From Alphaproteobacteria bacterium (GTDB taxonomy: Bacteria > Pseudomonadota > Alphaproteobacteria > JACAEB01), in the NCBI GenBank assembly GCA_013389075.1, contig JACAEB010000217.1, forward strand, positions 1,981 to 65,980: a DNA stretch of 64,000 bases, written 5' to 3'. Each line of letters starts with the position of its first letter. Position 1 is the stretch's first letter. Position numbers and translations under genes: made by a program. Under the pieces are notes generated by a model. The model made no database searches. It was not told the origin of the DNA and saw only the letters and a list, made by a program, of their open reading frames with translations. Shown in pieces: positions 50,308-59,736 of this stretch.

Positions 50308-50532
50308 TCAGAACAGGTCCGGATTGGCGGCGATGGCCTCTTCGGCCTCCCGCTCGATCTTCACCCGGACCTCCTGCGTGATGTTCACGTTGAGATTGAT
50401 CTCGATGGGCTTGTCGGGCGCCTGCACCTTCACGGTGGGCTGGCAAGCGGACACGAGCAGTCCCGTGCCGAAAAGGGCTGCGCCCAGAAGGGGCGCGGCC
50501 GCGCCCTGCCTTGCCGTCCTGTCCTGCCGCAT
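50308..50532 (-). CDS. ynbE: YnbE family lipoprotein
   Basis: 74 aa, lipobox LVSAC, beta-rich. Lies between ydbH and ydbL as in Enterobacteria. Confidence 0.65.
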   Translation of the reverse strand: MRQDRTARQGAAAPLLGAALFGTGLLVSACQPTVKVQAPDKPIEINLNVNITQEVRVKIEREAEEAIAANPDLF

Positions 50533-50576
50533 CGGCACCTCCGTCCGGCGCATCCTCGCCGGCAATTGGGGAAATC

Positions 50577-53500
50577 TCATGGCGCGGCCTCGCGGCCCCG
50601 CTCGATCAGGTCCTGCACCCGGAAGCCCACCGTTCCCTCCCGCAGGAGTTCGGCGAAGGCGCCGCTCGTGCGGATGCGAATCTTGAAGGGATAGCCGTCA
50701 TAGACGGACGGATTGGCCCCCAGCAGCTCGACCCCCACATCGAGCCGGCCATCCACCGCCCCGTCGAGCGTCAGCGCCAGCTCCTCCCATTCGAAGTTAT
50801 CAAGGGCGCGGAACAAAAGCGAGGTTTGTTCGTTGCCGGCCTCCGCCGCCGCCGCGCCCTCGCCCCTGTAGGACAGGATGCCCCCGGGCGGGCTGCGTCC
50901 CGTGAGGCGGCCATCGACGATGCGGGCGCCGTCCGGCCTCACCACCACCGGCACCCGGCCATCGAGACGGCCGCTCCCGCTCAGCCCCGGCAGACGCAGG
51001 AGCGGCAGCACCTCGGCAAGATCGAGCCCGTCGGCCCGGAAGACCACGTCCCGCTCGACCGTGTCCGGCGCGAAGGAGAGGCGCGCATCGCGCACGCCAA
51101 CCTCGCCCCCCGCGAAGGGCCAGATCGCCCTGTCGAGGGCCAGCATCGCGTCGGGCTCGAGGGCGAAGACGATCTCGCCGTTCTCGAGCGGCACCGGCCC
51201 GTCGATCCGCGCGACCCGGGCCGTCTGGAGGCCCTCGGTCAGCGGCGGCAGGAGGCTCTTCAGCCGAATGTCCGCATCGAGACCTTCGACCGGCGCGAGA
51301 TAGGAGAGGAACTCGATGCCCGCAAGGCTGAACGCGCCGCGCGTCGAAAGCCGCCCGCCGCCCCAGTCGGCATGGGCCGAGCCCCCCGCCCGGCCCGCGA
51401 CCTCCGCCACGAGGCCGCGCAAGGCAGGCACGAGCGTCTGAGGCTGGAGCCCGTTCGGGGTGAAGACGAGATCAGCGAGGGTGATGTCGGCGGCGCCCTT
51501 GCCCGTTTTGAGCGCGTGACGTCCCGAGAAGTCCCCGAGCCTGCGCCCCTCCGCCTCCAGCGTGCCGGAGAAGCGGGCCTGCCCCGCCTCGATCTGCGCC
51601 GTGCCGGCGGCGAGCACGGGCGCATAGCGGGCGGGCCGTGCGAGGTCGGCGACGCCGAGGCGCGGGACGGTCAGCGTGCCGGAGAGGATGGCGCTGCCCG
51701 TGCCCGACAGGGTGGCCGTCAGGGCGAGCGGGCTCAGCACGGCAAGATCGGGCAGCGCCCGCATCTGCCCGCCCTCGGTCTCGAAGGCGAGCTGCCAGGT
51801 CTCCGCCTCCGGCGCATAGGAGAGCGCGAACCGGGTCTCCGGCAGGGTCCCCTCGAGCGCCGGCAGGCCCTTGGCATCGGGCGGACCCTCGAGCCGCACG
51901 CCGCGCGCGGGCAGCGCGCCGGCGAGAACCAGCGCCGGCCGGTCGTCCGCCTGCGGCGCGAAGCTGAGGAAGGGCACGGCATCGCCCCGGTCGCAGAGCG
52001 AGAAACCCTCCGGTCCCGGATGGATGGCGATTTCCGCAAAATCGATGCGCCTCGCCCGGAGCGTGCCGCACGGCCCCTCTCCCGAGCCGAGCCGCAGCGC
52101 GAAGGCCTCCGGCTCGCGTGTGAAGCTCGCCGGCAGGACGAGGGCCGTATCGGCCAGCGTGAGCCAGGAGAAAAAGGCCCCGTCGGCCTCGGCGTCGATG
52201 GCGACCTGCCCGGCGTAACGCTGCGGCGTTCCGCGGGCGGAGAGGCCGAAGGCGCGCGGCGCCAGCGAGAGGCCGCCTGCCCGCCACGGGCCGCCCTCGA
52301 GGGCGAGCCGGTCGAGCGCGAAGCGCTCGACGCGGAGCGCGCCGTTCTCGCCCACCGGGGCAAGGCTGAGCGCGGCATCGAGTTCGGCCGTGAGCGTCAC
52401 CGGATCCGCCCGCCGCAGCACGAGCGCGGCGCCCGCGCGCACGGATGCCTCCGCGCCGTCCGCATCGAGCCTCAGCGCGAGGCCGCCCTGCTCGGGATCG
52501 ACATAGGTCCCCACGGGCAGCCCGGCCCTCTCCGGCGCCGCCTCCCCGCCCGGCTCCCAGACGAGCGAGAGGAAGGCGCCCTCGGCGGACGCCGTCTCGG
52601 GAGCCAGAACGGCGACCCCCGTGCTCCGCCAACCCTCTTCGCCGCCGTGGGAGACATCGGCGTCGAGCACGAGGCGGGCGCCCCCGCCGAGCGCGCCGAA
52701 GGCGCCGAGGAGATCGTCCCGGAAGGGACGGACCGCATCGAGCTCGAGCGCGGCCCGCGTCGAGGGCGCGAGCGTCCCGAGCGCGCGATCGAAGACCGGC
52801 GGCGGCAGCGACAGCGCCGTCACGTCGAGGCGGACATGACCCGACCCGTTCGCCCCTGCCCCGTCATACCGGGCGGAAAGGACCGCCTCCCCCGCCGCAG
52901 CCTCCGCGAGGGCGAGATCGGCGAGACGCGCCGTGACCGCCCCCTCGAGGCGCCCGCGCGTGAGGCGCATCTCGCCCGTGAGCGCGGCGAGCGAAAAGCG
53001 CTCCGACAAAGGCTCCGTCCCCGGACGATCGAGATCGAGGTCGAGATCGAGCACGCCCTCGCGTATGCGCACGGTCGCGGTTCCGGCGATGGAGCGCTCG
53101 GGCGCGCCGCCACGCGCGATGACGAGGTCGGGACTCGCACCGAGGCCGCCCTCCCCGTCGGGCGCCAGCGCGCCGTCGAGCCGGATCGTGAACGGACCGT
53201 CGGGTGTCTCGAGGTCGAGTTCGGCCTCGCGCAGGGTGATGGGCGGCAGGCTGGCGGGATCAAATCCCGCGCCCCCGCCTCCGCCCGCCGGCAGGGGCAG
53301 CACCAGGCCCGCGCCCGCGCTGTCGAGACGTGCGCCAAGGCGCAGCCCGTCGATGCGGACGCTCCCGAGCCGGCCGCCGAGGAGACCGAGCGGGGTCCAG
53401 CCGATCTCGGCCCCGGCGAGCGACAGCGCACCGGGCGGGCCGAGAGAGCTCTCGCCGAGTCGCAGACCGAAGAGGCCTGCCCGCTCCACCGTGAGGCGCG

Positions 53501-53681
53501 CGGGGTGAAGGCCCGCCCGCGCCGCGGCACCTTCGAGGAGCGGCTCGAGGATGGACGGCCGGGTGAGGAGGAACACGGCGCAGGCGCTCAGGCCCGCAAG
53601 GGCGCCAAGCCCGACGAGCCCGCGCCGCGCCCAGCGCAGGCTTGCCCGCCCCGCCCCCCTCTCGTCTCCGGTCCGGGCCAC
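50577..53681 (-). CDS. ydbH: YdbH-like AsmA-family intermembrane (phospholipid transport-type) protein
   Basis: 1034 aa, N-terminal TM anchor, long repetitive beta-rich periplasmic region. Forms a ydbH-ynbE-ydbL operon. Confidence 0.75.
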   Translation of the reverse strand: MARTGDERGAGRASLRWARRGLVGLGALAGLSACAVFLLTRPSILEPLLEGAAARAGLHPARLTVERAGLFGLRLGESSLGPPGALSLAGAEIGWTPLGLLGGRLGSVRIDGLRLGARLDSAGAGLVLPLPAGGGGGAGFDPASLPPITLREAELDLETPDGPFTIRLDGALAPDGEGGLGASPDLVIARGGAPERSIAGTATVRIREGVLDLDLDLDRPGTEPLSERFSLAALTGEMRLTRGRLEGAVTARLADLALAEAAAGEAVLSARYDGAGANGSGHVRLDVTALSLPPPVFDRALGTLAPSTRAALELDAVRPFRDDLLGAFGALGGGARLVLDADVSHGGEEGWRSTGVAVLAPETASAEGAFLSLVWEPGGEAAPERAGLPVGTYVDPEQGGLALRLDADGAEASVRAGAALVLRRADPVTLTAELDAALSLAPVGENGALRVERFALDRLALEGGPWRAGGLSLAPRAFGLSARGTPQRYAGQVAIDAEADGAFFSWLTLADTALVLPASFTREPEAFALRLGSGEGPCGTLRARRIDFAEIAIHPGPEGFSLCDRGDAVPFLSFAPQADDRPALVLAGALPARGVRLEGPPDAKGLPALEGTLPETRFALSYAPEAETWQLAFETEGGQMRALPDLAVLSPLALTATLSGTGSAILSGTLTVPRLGVADLARPARYAPVLAAGTAQIEAGQARFSGTLEAEGRRLGDFSGRHALKTGKGAADITLADLVFTPNGLQPQTLVPALRGLVAEVAGRAGGSAHADWGGGRLSTRGAFSLAGIEFLSYLAPVEGLDADIRLKSLLPPLTEGLQTARVARIDGPVPLENGEIVFALEPDAMLALDRAIWPFAGGEVGVRDARLSFAPDTVERDVVFRADGLDLAEVLPLLRLPGLSGSGRLDGRVPVVVRPDGARIVDGRLTGRSPPGGILSYRGEGAAAAEAGNEQTSLLFRALDNFEWEELALTLDGAVDGRLDVGVELLGANPSVYDGYPFKIRIRTSGAFAELLREGTVGFRVQDLIERGREAAP

Positions 53682-53917
53682 GCCGCCGCCCTTTCCTGTT
53701 GCCCCGTCGCCGGATGATGGGCAGCTCGCCCCTCATCGTCAAACGGGGAATGCGGGATGACGCGCCTCAAGCGCGCGGGAACCGGCCGTGGTAGAAAGGC
53801 GTTGCTGTTCCTGATGGGCGCCCTCGCGCCCCCAGGGATCACAACGCGGGATCCGGTCCGGCCAAGACGCCCTGTCGCGGCCGGACGGTCGTCCGCCTGA
53901 GATGGGAAACGCAGACC

Positions 53918-54535
53918 ATGATGACCAAGACAGTCCCCGCCCCGGCTCCCTTCTGGATCCGCTGCCTGACGGGGTTCGCGGCGCTGCTCGCCGCCGCCGC
54001 TCTCACCGTGCCGGGATCCGCGCGCGCCCAGGACGAACCGGCGGCGTCCGAGGACACGTTCGCGGAAGACGAGATCGTGAGCGCCGTCGCCGAGTTCTTC
54101 GGCGTCACAGCGGAAGCGGCCGGCGAGGCCGTGGAACGGATCTTTGCCGACAATGGCCGCCCGAACGGCTACATCAAGGGTGAGGAAGCGGCCGGCGCCA
54201 TCGGCGTGGGTCTGCGCTATGGCGAGGGCACGCTCTACATGAAGAGCGGCGCGACGCGGCAGGTCTTCTGGCAAGGCCCCTCGATCGGCTGGGACTTCGG
54301 GGGCAATGCCGCCAAGACCTTCACCCTCGTCTACAACCTCCAGCGCGTCGACGACATCTACCAGCGCTTTCCCGGGGTCGAGGGCTCGGCCTATTTCATC
54401 GGCGGGATCGGCGTGAATTATCAGCGCGCGAACAACATCACCCTCGCGCCCATGCGGGCGGGTGTCGGCTTCCGCCTCGGCGCGAATGTCGGCTATCTCG
54501 CTTATTCGCGTCAGCGCAACTGGCTTCCCTTCTGA
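53918..54535 (+). CDS. DUF1134 (EipA-like) periplasmic envelope-integrity protein
   Basis: Signal peptide. Conserved GYIKGEE…GLRYGEGTLY…WQGPSIGWDFGG…IGGIGVNY core. Confidence 0.7.
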   Translation: MMTKTVPAPAPFWIRCLTGFAALLAAAALTVPGSARAQDEPAASEDTFAEDEIVSAVAEFFGVTAEAAGEAVERIFADNGRPNGYIKGEEAAGAIGVGLRYGEGTLYMKSGATRQVFWQGPSIGWDFGGNAAKTFTLVYNLQRVDDIYQRFPGVEGSAYFIGGIGVNYQRANNITLAPMRAGVGFRLGANVGYLAYSRQRNWLPF

Positions 54536-54776
54536 GGCAGCCCGCCCGGGCCCTCTGACGAGCCTCCACGCCGCCCGGCCGGGTCCACCCGCGCCGGGCG
54601 GTCTGCGTTTTGATCGCCCGCGCTCTGCGGGTACGGCGCATTGCACGCCAAGGCGTCCCCGCGCTATTGCTCTCCCCGCCGCGCCCGACCCGGCACAGGG
54701 TTTCCGGGAGCATCCCGTTGAGGGGCAGGGCAGGGCAGGGCAGGCCGGTACGGGACCAGAGCAGGGCGGTGGGTGA

Positions 54777-56561
54777 ATGACCAGCACGAACGAGACCTTT
54801 CCGGTTGACGCTTACGATTCCCACGTCGCGGAAATCCTCACCCGTCACGGCGAGATCGAGTCGACGCGGCCGGCGACCGTGCCGCAGATGCTGGCCCGCA
54901 ATGCGGCCCTGATGCCCAACAAGGTCGCGGTCCTGTTCGAGGGACGCAGCTGGACCTATGCCGAACTCAATGGCCTTGCCAACCGCTATGCGCGCTGGGC
55001 GATGGCGAAGGGCTACCGCAAGGGCGACACGCTGGCGCTCTTCATGGAGAACCGGCCCGAATTCTATGCCGCGACCTACGGGCTCGGCCGGGCGGGCATC
55101 GCCATTGCGATGATCAATTCGGCCCTCACCGGACACGGCTTCGCCCACTGCCTCGCCGTGGCCGAAGCCAAGGGCGTCATCGTCGACGCCGCCCTTGCCG
55201 GCCTCTTCCAGGACGCGCGACCGCATCTGCCGGTGGACATGCCCGCCTGGGCCACGGGCGGAGCGGTCGTGGGCGCCTCCGACCTCGATTCGGAGCTCGA
55301 GGCCTGCTCGCCCGCCTATATTCCGGTGGCCGAGCTGCCGGTCTGCACGGCGCTCGACACGTTTGTCCACATCTATACGAGCGGCACGACCGGCCTGCCC
55401 AAGGCCGTGCCCCAGACCCATGCGCGCGTCTTCGGCGGCGCGGTCATGTGGGCGGCGATGGGTCAGGCCACCCACGAGGACCGGATGTACCTCGTCATGC
55501 CGCTCTATCATGGCGCGGCGTTCAACTGTGCCTCGGGCTCGATGTTCATCGTGGGCGGATCGATCGCGCTCCGCCGGAAGTTTTCCGCGCGCGCCTTCTG
55601 GGCCGACTGCGTGGAGACGCGCTCCACCATGTTCGAATATATCGGCGAGCTGTGCCGCTATCTCGTGAACACCCCCGAGGACCCGATGGAGAAGCGGCAT
55701 TCCATCCGCTGCTGCATCGGCAATGGTCTGCGGGCGGATGTCTGGCCGGCCTTCAAGGCCCGTTTCCGCATTCCGCGCGTCGTCGAGTTCTATGGCGCGA
55801 CGGAAGGCAATGTCTTTCTGTGGAACTTCGACGGCACCGAAGGGGCGATCGGCCGGCTGCGTCCCCACTACAAGGCCATGTCGAACGCCCGCGTCGTGCG
55901 GTTCGACATCGAGCGCGAGGAGCCCATCCGGAATGCCGCCGGCCGGTGCATCGAAGTGGAGACGGGCGAGGTCGGCGAGGCGATCGGCGCCATTTCCGAC
56001 GCCAACCGCTTCGACGGCTACACCTCTGCGGAAGCCACCCGCAAGAAGATCCTGCGCGACGTGTTCACGCCCGGCGATGCCTGGTACCGCACCGGCGACC
56101 TCATGCGGCTCGATGCGGAAGGCTATGTCTATTTCGTCGACCGGATCGGCGACACCTTCCGCTGGAAGGGCGAGAACGTGGCGACGGGCGAAGTCGCCGA
56201 AGTGATGACGGCCGTCCCCGGCGTCAAGGAAGCCAATGTCTACGGCGTCGCCGTTCCGGGGGCGGACGGACGGTGCGGCATGGCCTGCCTGACCGCGGAC
56301 GAGACGCTCGACCTTGCGGCCCTCTTCGCCCATCTCACCGAGGAGCTGCCCGCCTATGCCCGTCCCCTTTTCCTCCGGCTGCGGTCCGAACAGGAGCTGA
56401 CGGGCACCTTCAAGCACCGCAAGGTCAATCTGGTCACGGACGGATTTGATCCCTCGAAGGTGAAGGATCCGCTCTACTTCGCCCATCCCGAAAAGGGCTG
56501 CTATGTGAAGCTGGACGAGGCCCTCTTCCGCGACATCGTCGCGGGGCGGCACAAGCTCTGA
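54777..56561 (+). CDS. Long-chain/very-long-chain acyl-CoA synthetase (FATP/SLC27-like AMP-binding enzyme)
   Basis: AMP-binding motif IYTSGTTGLPKAV, plus the FATP-like C-terminus. Confidence 0.85.
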   Translation: MTSTNETFPVDAYDSHVAEILTRHGEIESTRPATVPQMLARNAALMPNKVAVLFEGRSWTYAELNGLANRYARWAMAKGYRKGDTLALFMENRPEFYAATYGLGRAGIAIAMINSALTGHGFAHCLAVAEAKGVIVDAALAGLFQDARPHLPVDMPAWATGGAVVGASDLDSELEACSPAYIPVAELPVCTALDTFVHIYTSGTTGLPKAVPQTHARVFGGAVMWAAMGQATHEDRMYLVMPLYHGAAFNCASGSMFIVGGSIALRRKFSARAFWADCVETRSTMFEYIGELCRYLVNTPEDPMEKRHSIRCCIGNGLRADVWPAFKARFRIPRVVEFYGATEGNVFLWNFDGTEGAIGRLRPHYKAMSNARVVRFDIEREEPIRNAAGRCIEVETGEVGEAIGAISDANRFDGYTSAEATRKKILRDVFTPGDAWYRTGDLMRLDAEGYVYFVDRIGDTFRWKGENVATGEVAEVMTAVPGVKEANVYGVAVPGADGRCGMACLTADETLDLAALFAHLTEELPAYARPLFLRLRSEQELTGTFKHRKVNLVTDGFDPSKVKDPLYFAHPEKGCYVKLDEALFRDIVAGRHKL

Positions 56562-56601
56562 CCGACTGCCCGGCCGGGCGGCGCGACGGGGCGCCGAGCC
56601 G

Positions 56602-57486
56602 TCAGAGCTCCTGCCGCAGTTCCTCGAAGATGCCCGAGAAATCCCGCCCGCCATGGCCGGCCTCGTGCATGGCCGTGTAGAGCCGCTCGGCGAGGCGGCC
56701 GAGCGGCAGCCCGCCCTCTCCGGCCGCGGCGAGCGCAAGGCGGACGTCCTTCAGCATCATGGATGCGGCAAAGCCCGGCGCATAGCCGCGGTTGGACGGC
56801 GCGGCGGGCACGGGGCCGGGAACGGGGCAATAGCTCGTCAGCGACCAGCACTGGCCGGAGGAGGTCGAGGCGACGTCGAAGAGCGTCTGGTCGGGAAGGC
56901 CCATCCGACGCGCGAGCGCGAAGGCCTCGCTCACGCCGATCATCGAGATGGCGAGGATCAGATTGTTGCAGATCTTCGCGGCCTCGCCATTGCCGGCGCC
57001 CCCGCAATGGACGATGCGCTTGCCCATCGCCTCGAGGAGCGGCCGGGCGCGCTCGAGCGCCGCCGCCGCGCCGCCCACCATGAAGGTGAGCGTGCCCGCC
57101 TCGGCGCCGCCGACACCGCCCGAGACGGGGGCGTCCAGCATTGGGAGCCCCGCCTCCGCCGCCCGGCCGGCCACCCCGCGCGCCGTGTCGACGTCGATGG
57201 TGGAGCAGTCGATCACGAGCGTGCCCTTCGGCAGGAGGCCGAACACGCCGTCCGGCCCCTCGAATGCGGCTCTCACATGCCGGCCTTCGGGCAGCATGCT
57301 GATCACGACCTCCGCACCCTGAACGGCTTCGCGCAGATTGGGCGCCGTCCGCCCGCCCTTGGCGAGGAACCGGTCGCGCGGGGCGGTATCGAGATCGAAT
57401 CCGCACACGGCATGGCCGGCCTTGACGAGATTGGCCGCCATCGGCAACCCCATGTTTCCAAGGCCGATGAAGGTGATCTTGCTCAC
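56602..57486 (-). CDS. mmsB: 3-hydroxyisobutyrate dehydrogenase
   Basis: GTG start 7 nt after AAGGGAG. N-terminal NAD Rossmann ITFIGLGNMG. Conserved HIBADH catalytic region. Confidence 0.88.
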   Translation of the reverse strand: MSKITFIGLGNMGLPMAANLVKAGHAVCGFDLDTAPRDRFLAKGGRTAPNLREAVQGAEVVISMLPEGRHVRAAFEGPDGVFGLLPKGTLVIDCSTIDVDTARGVAGRAAEAGLPMLDAPVSGGVGGAEAGTLTFMVGGAAAALERARPLLEAMGKRIVHCGGAGNGEAAKICNNLILAISMIGVSEAFALARRMGLPDQTLFDVASTSSGQCWSLTSYCPVPGPVPAAPSNRGYAPGFAASMMLKDVRLALAAAGEGGLPLGRLAERLYTAMHEAGHGGRDFSGIFEELRQEL

Positions 57487-57509
57487 GGTTTCACTCCCTT
57501 GATTGGCCC

Positions 57510-58580
57510 TCACCCGGCGAAGGAGAGATCCTCTCCCCACGGACCGAATGCGGCGGCAACCGCCTCTCCCGTCAGGCCGTCCAGCGTGGACGGCGACCAG
57601 CGGGGGGTCTTGTCCTTGTCGATCAGGAGCGCACGCACGCCCTCGTGAAAATCGGGCGCGGTGGCGAGATGGCTCGCCACGCGCAGCTCCATGCGCATCG
57701 TCTCGCGGAAGGAGAGCCCCCGCGCCCGGCGCAGCGCCTCGAAGGTGACGCCGAGCGAGCGCGGAGACTTGGTTCGCAGAAGGGCGAGCTGGTCCCTCGC
57801 CCAGGGATCGTCCGATCCGGCGAGGCCCGCGAGGATTGCGGCGAGGCTGTCCTTGCCGAAGAAATGATCGATCCGCTCCCGGACGGCCGACAGAGAGCCG
57901 GCGCCCGGATCCGTGGCGCCCGCGGCAAGACAGGTCTCGATCGCGGAGGCGTCCGGCGCGTCGAGGCGCGCGAGCGCGGCGAGAAGAGCCTCCATCGCCG
58001 CATGGGGCACATAGTGGCTCGCAAGACCGAGGGCCGCGCAGTCCGCGCCGTCGATGGAGGCACCGGTGAGCCCGAGCCAGATCCCGGTTCCCCCCGGCAG
58101 TCGCGAGAGGACGTACGTCCCGCCCACATCGGGGAAGTAGCCGATGCCGGTCTCGGGCATGGCAAGGCGCGTGCGCTCGCTCGCCACGCGGAACCGGCCG
58201 TGTACGGAAATGCCGACGCCTCCGCCCATGGTGATGCCGTCGATGAGCGCCACATAGGGCTTCTCGAACTCGCGGATCGCCGTGTTGAGACGGAACTCGG
58301 TCTCGAAAAAGGTGCGCCAGTCGCCCGTTCCCGCCTTCGCCGAGCGGGCCAGCATGACGACATCGCCCCCCGCGCAGAAGGCCCGCTCGTGCCGCGACAG
58401 CACCACCACGGCGGCGATCTCCGGATCGTCCCGCCACTGAGCGAGCTGATCCAGGAACGAGGCGCACATGCCGGTCGTCAGCGCATTCAGCGCCCGTGGC
58501 CGATCGGGAATGACGAGGCCGAGCCGTCCGTTGCGCTCGAAGCGGATCTCTTCGGGCGGTGCGGCCGCGGGGTCGGACAT
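57510..58580 (-). CDS. 3-hydroxyisobutyryl-CoA hydrolase (enoyl-CoA hydratase/isomerase family)
   Basis: Crotonase fold with HIBCH-type C-terminal extension. RBS AAAGGAG. Confidence 0.85.
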   Translation of the reverse strand: MSDPAAAPPEEIRFERNGRLGLVIPDRPRALNALTTGMCASFLDQLAQWRDDPEIAAVVVLSRHERAFCAGGDVVMLARSAKAGTGDWRTFFETEFRLNTAIREFEKPYVALIDGITMGGGVGISVHGRFRVASERTRLAMPETGIGYFPDVGGTYVLSRLPGGTGIWLGLTGASIDGADCAALGLASHYVPHAAMEALLAALARLDAPDASAIETCLAAGATDPGAGSLSAVRERIDHFFGKDSLAAILAGLAGSDDPWARDQLALLRTKSPRSLGVTFEALRRARGLSFRETMRMELRVASHLATAPDFHEGVRALLIDKDKTPRWSPSTLDGLTGEAVAAAFGPWGEDLSFAG

Positions 58581-58599
58581 CGAGGCTCCTTTCAGCGGG

Positions 58600-59733
58600 T
58601 CAGTCGAGAAGACGGCGGGCGATGATGACGCGCATGATCTCGTTCGTCCCCTCGAGGATCTGGTGAACACGGAGATCGCGCAAGAGCCGCTCGAGCGGAT
58701 AATCGGCGAGGTAGCCATAGCCTCCATGAAGCTGCAGCGCCTCGTTGACGACCTTGAATCCGGTGTCGGTGGCAAAGCGCTTGGCCTTGGCGGCGGCCAT
58801 GGTGGCATCCGGCGCGCCGGCCGTCAGCTTCTCGGCCGCCGTATACAGAAGAAGGCGTGCCGCTTCGAGTTCGGTCGCCATGTCGGCGAGGCGGAACTGG
58901 GTTGCCTGGAACTCGGCGATGGGCCGGCCGAACTGGCGGCGTTCCTTCACATAGGAAAGGGCGGCGTCGAGCGCGGCCCCCGCTCCGCCCAGCGAGCAGG
59001 CGCCTATATTGATCCGCCCGCCGTCGAGCCCGGCCATGGCGATGCGGAACCCCTCGCCTTCCGCGCCGATGCGATTGCCCGCAGGCACGCGCACCCTGTC
59101 GAAATGCACCATGGCCGTGGGCTGGGAGTGCCAGCCGAGCTTGCGCTCGGGCGCGCCGAAGCTCAGCCCCTCGCTGCCCTCCTCGACGAGAAGACAGGAA
59201 ATGCCCTTCGGGCCCGCCTCACCCGTCCGCACCATGACGAGATAGACATCCGACAGGCCGGCGCCGGATATGAAGGCCTTGGTGCCGGAGACGATGTAGC
59301 TGTCGCCCTCACGCTCCGCGCGGGTGGCGAGGGCGGCGGCGTCCGAGCCGGCCCCGGGCTCGGTGAGGCAGTAGGAGGCGACGAGATCGAACGTCGCGAG
59401 GCGGGGCAGCCAGCGCGCGCGCTGTTCGTCCGTACCGAACCGGTCGATCATCCAGCTTGCCATGGTGTGGATCGACAGGAACGCCGCCGTCGAGGGGCAG
59501 GCGCGCGCCAGCTCCTCGAAGACGAGCGCCGCCTCGAGCCGCCCGAGCCCGCAGCCGCCATGCGCCTCCGAGATGTAGATGGAGGCAAAGCCGAGCCGGG
59601 CCGCCTCCCTCAGCACATCGAGCGGCAGATGATGCTCGCTGTCCCAGCGCGCGGCATGCGGGGCCATCCGCTCGGCGGCGAAGGCGCGCGCGGTCTCGCA
59701 AATGGCGCGCTGGTTCGGGGTAAGCTCCAGCAC
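58600..59733 (-). CDS. Acyl-CoA dehydrogenase (isobutyryl-CoA dehydrogenase-like)
   Basis: 377 aa ACAD with catalytic Glu region. Context is valine catabolism. Confidence 0.88.
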   Translation of the reverse strand: MLELTPNQRAICETARAFAAERMAPHAARWDSEHHLPLDVLREAARLGFASIYISEAHGGCGLGRLEAALVFEELARACPSTAAFLSIHTMASWMIDRFGTDEQRARWLPRLATFDLVASYCLTEPGAGSDAAALATRAEREGDSYIVSGTKAFISGAGLSDVYLVMVRTGEAGPKGISCLLVEEGSEGLSFGAPERKLGWHSQPTAMVHFDRVRVPAGNRIGAEGEGFRIAMAGLDGGRINIGACSLGGAGAALDAALSYVKERRQFGRPIAEFQATQFRLADMATELEAARLLLYTAAEKLTAGAPDATMAAAKAKRFATDTGFKVVNEALQLHGGYGYLADYPLERLLRDLRVHQILEGTNEIMRVIIARRLLD

Positions 59734-59736
59734 GGC

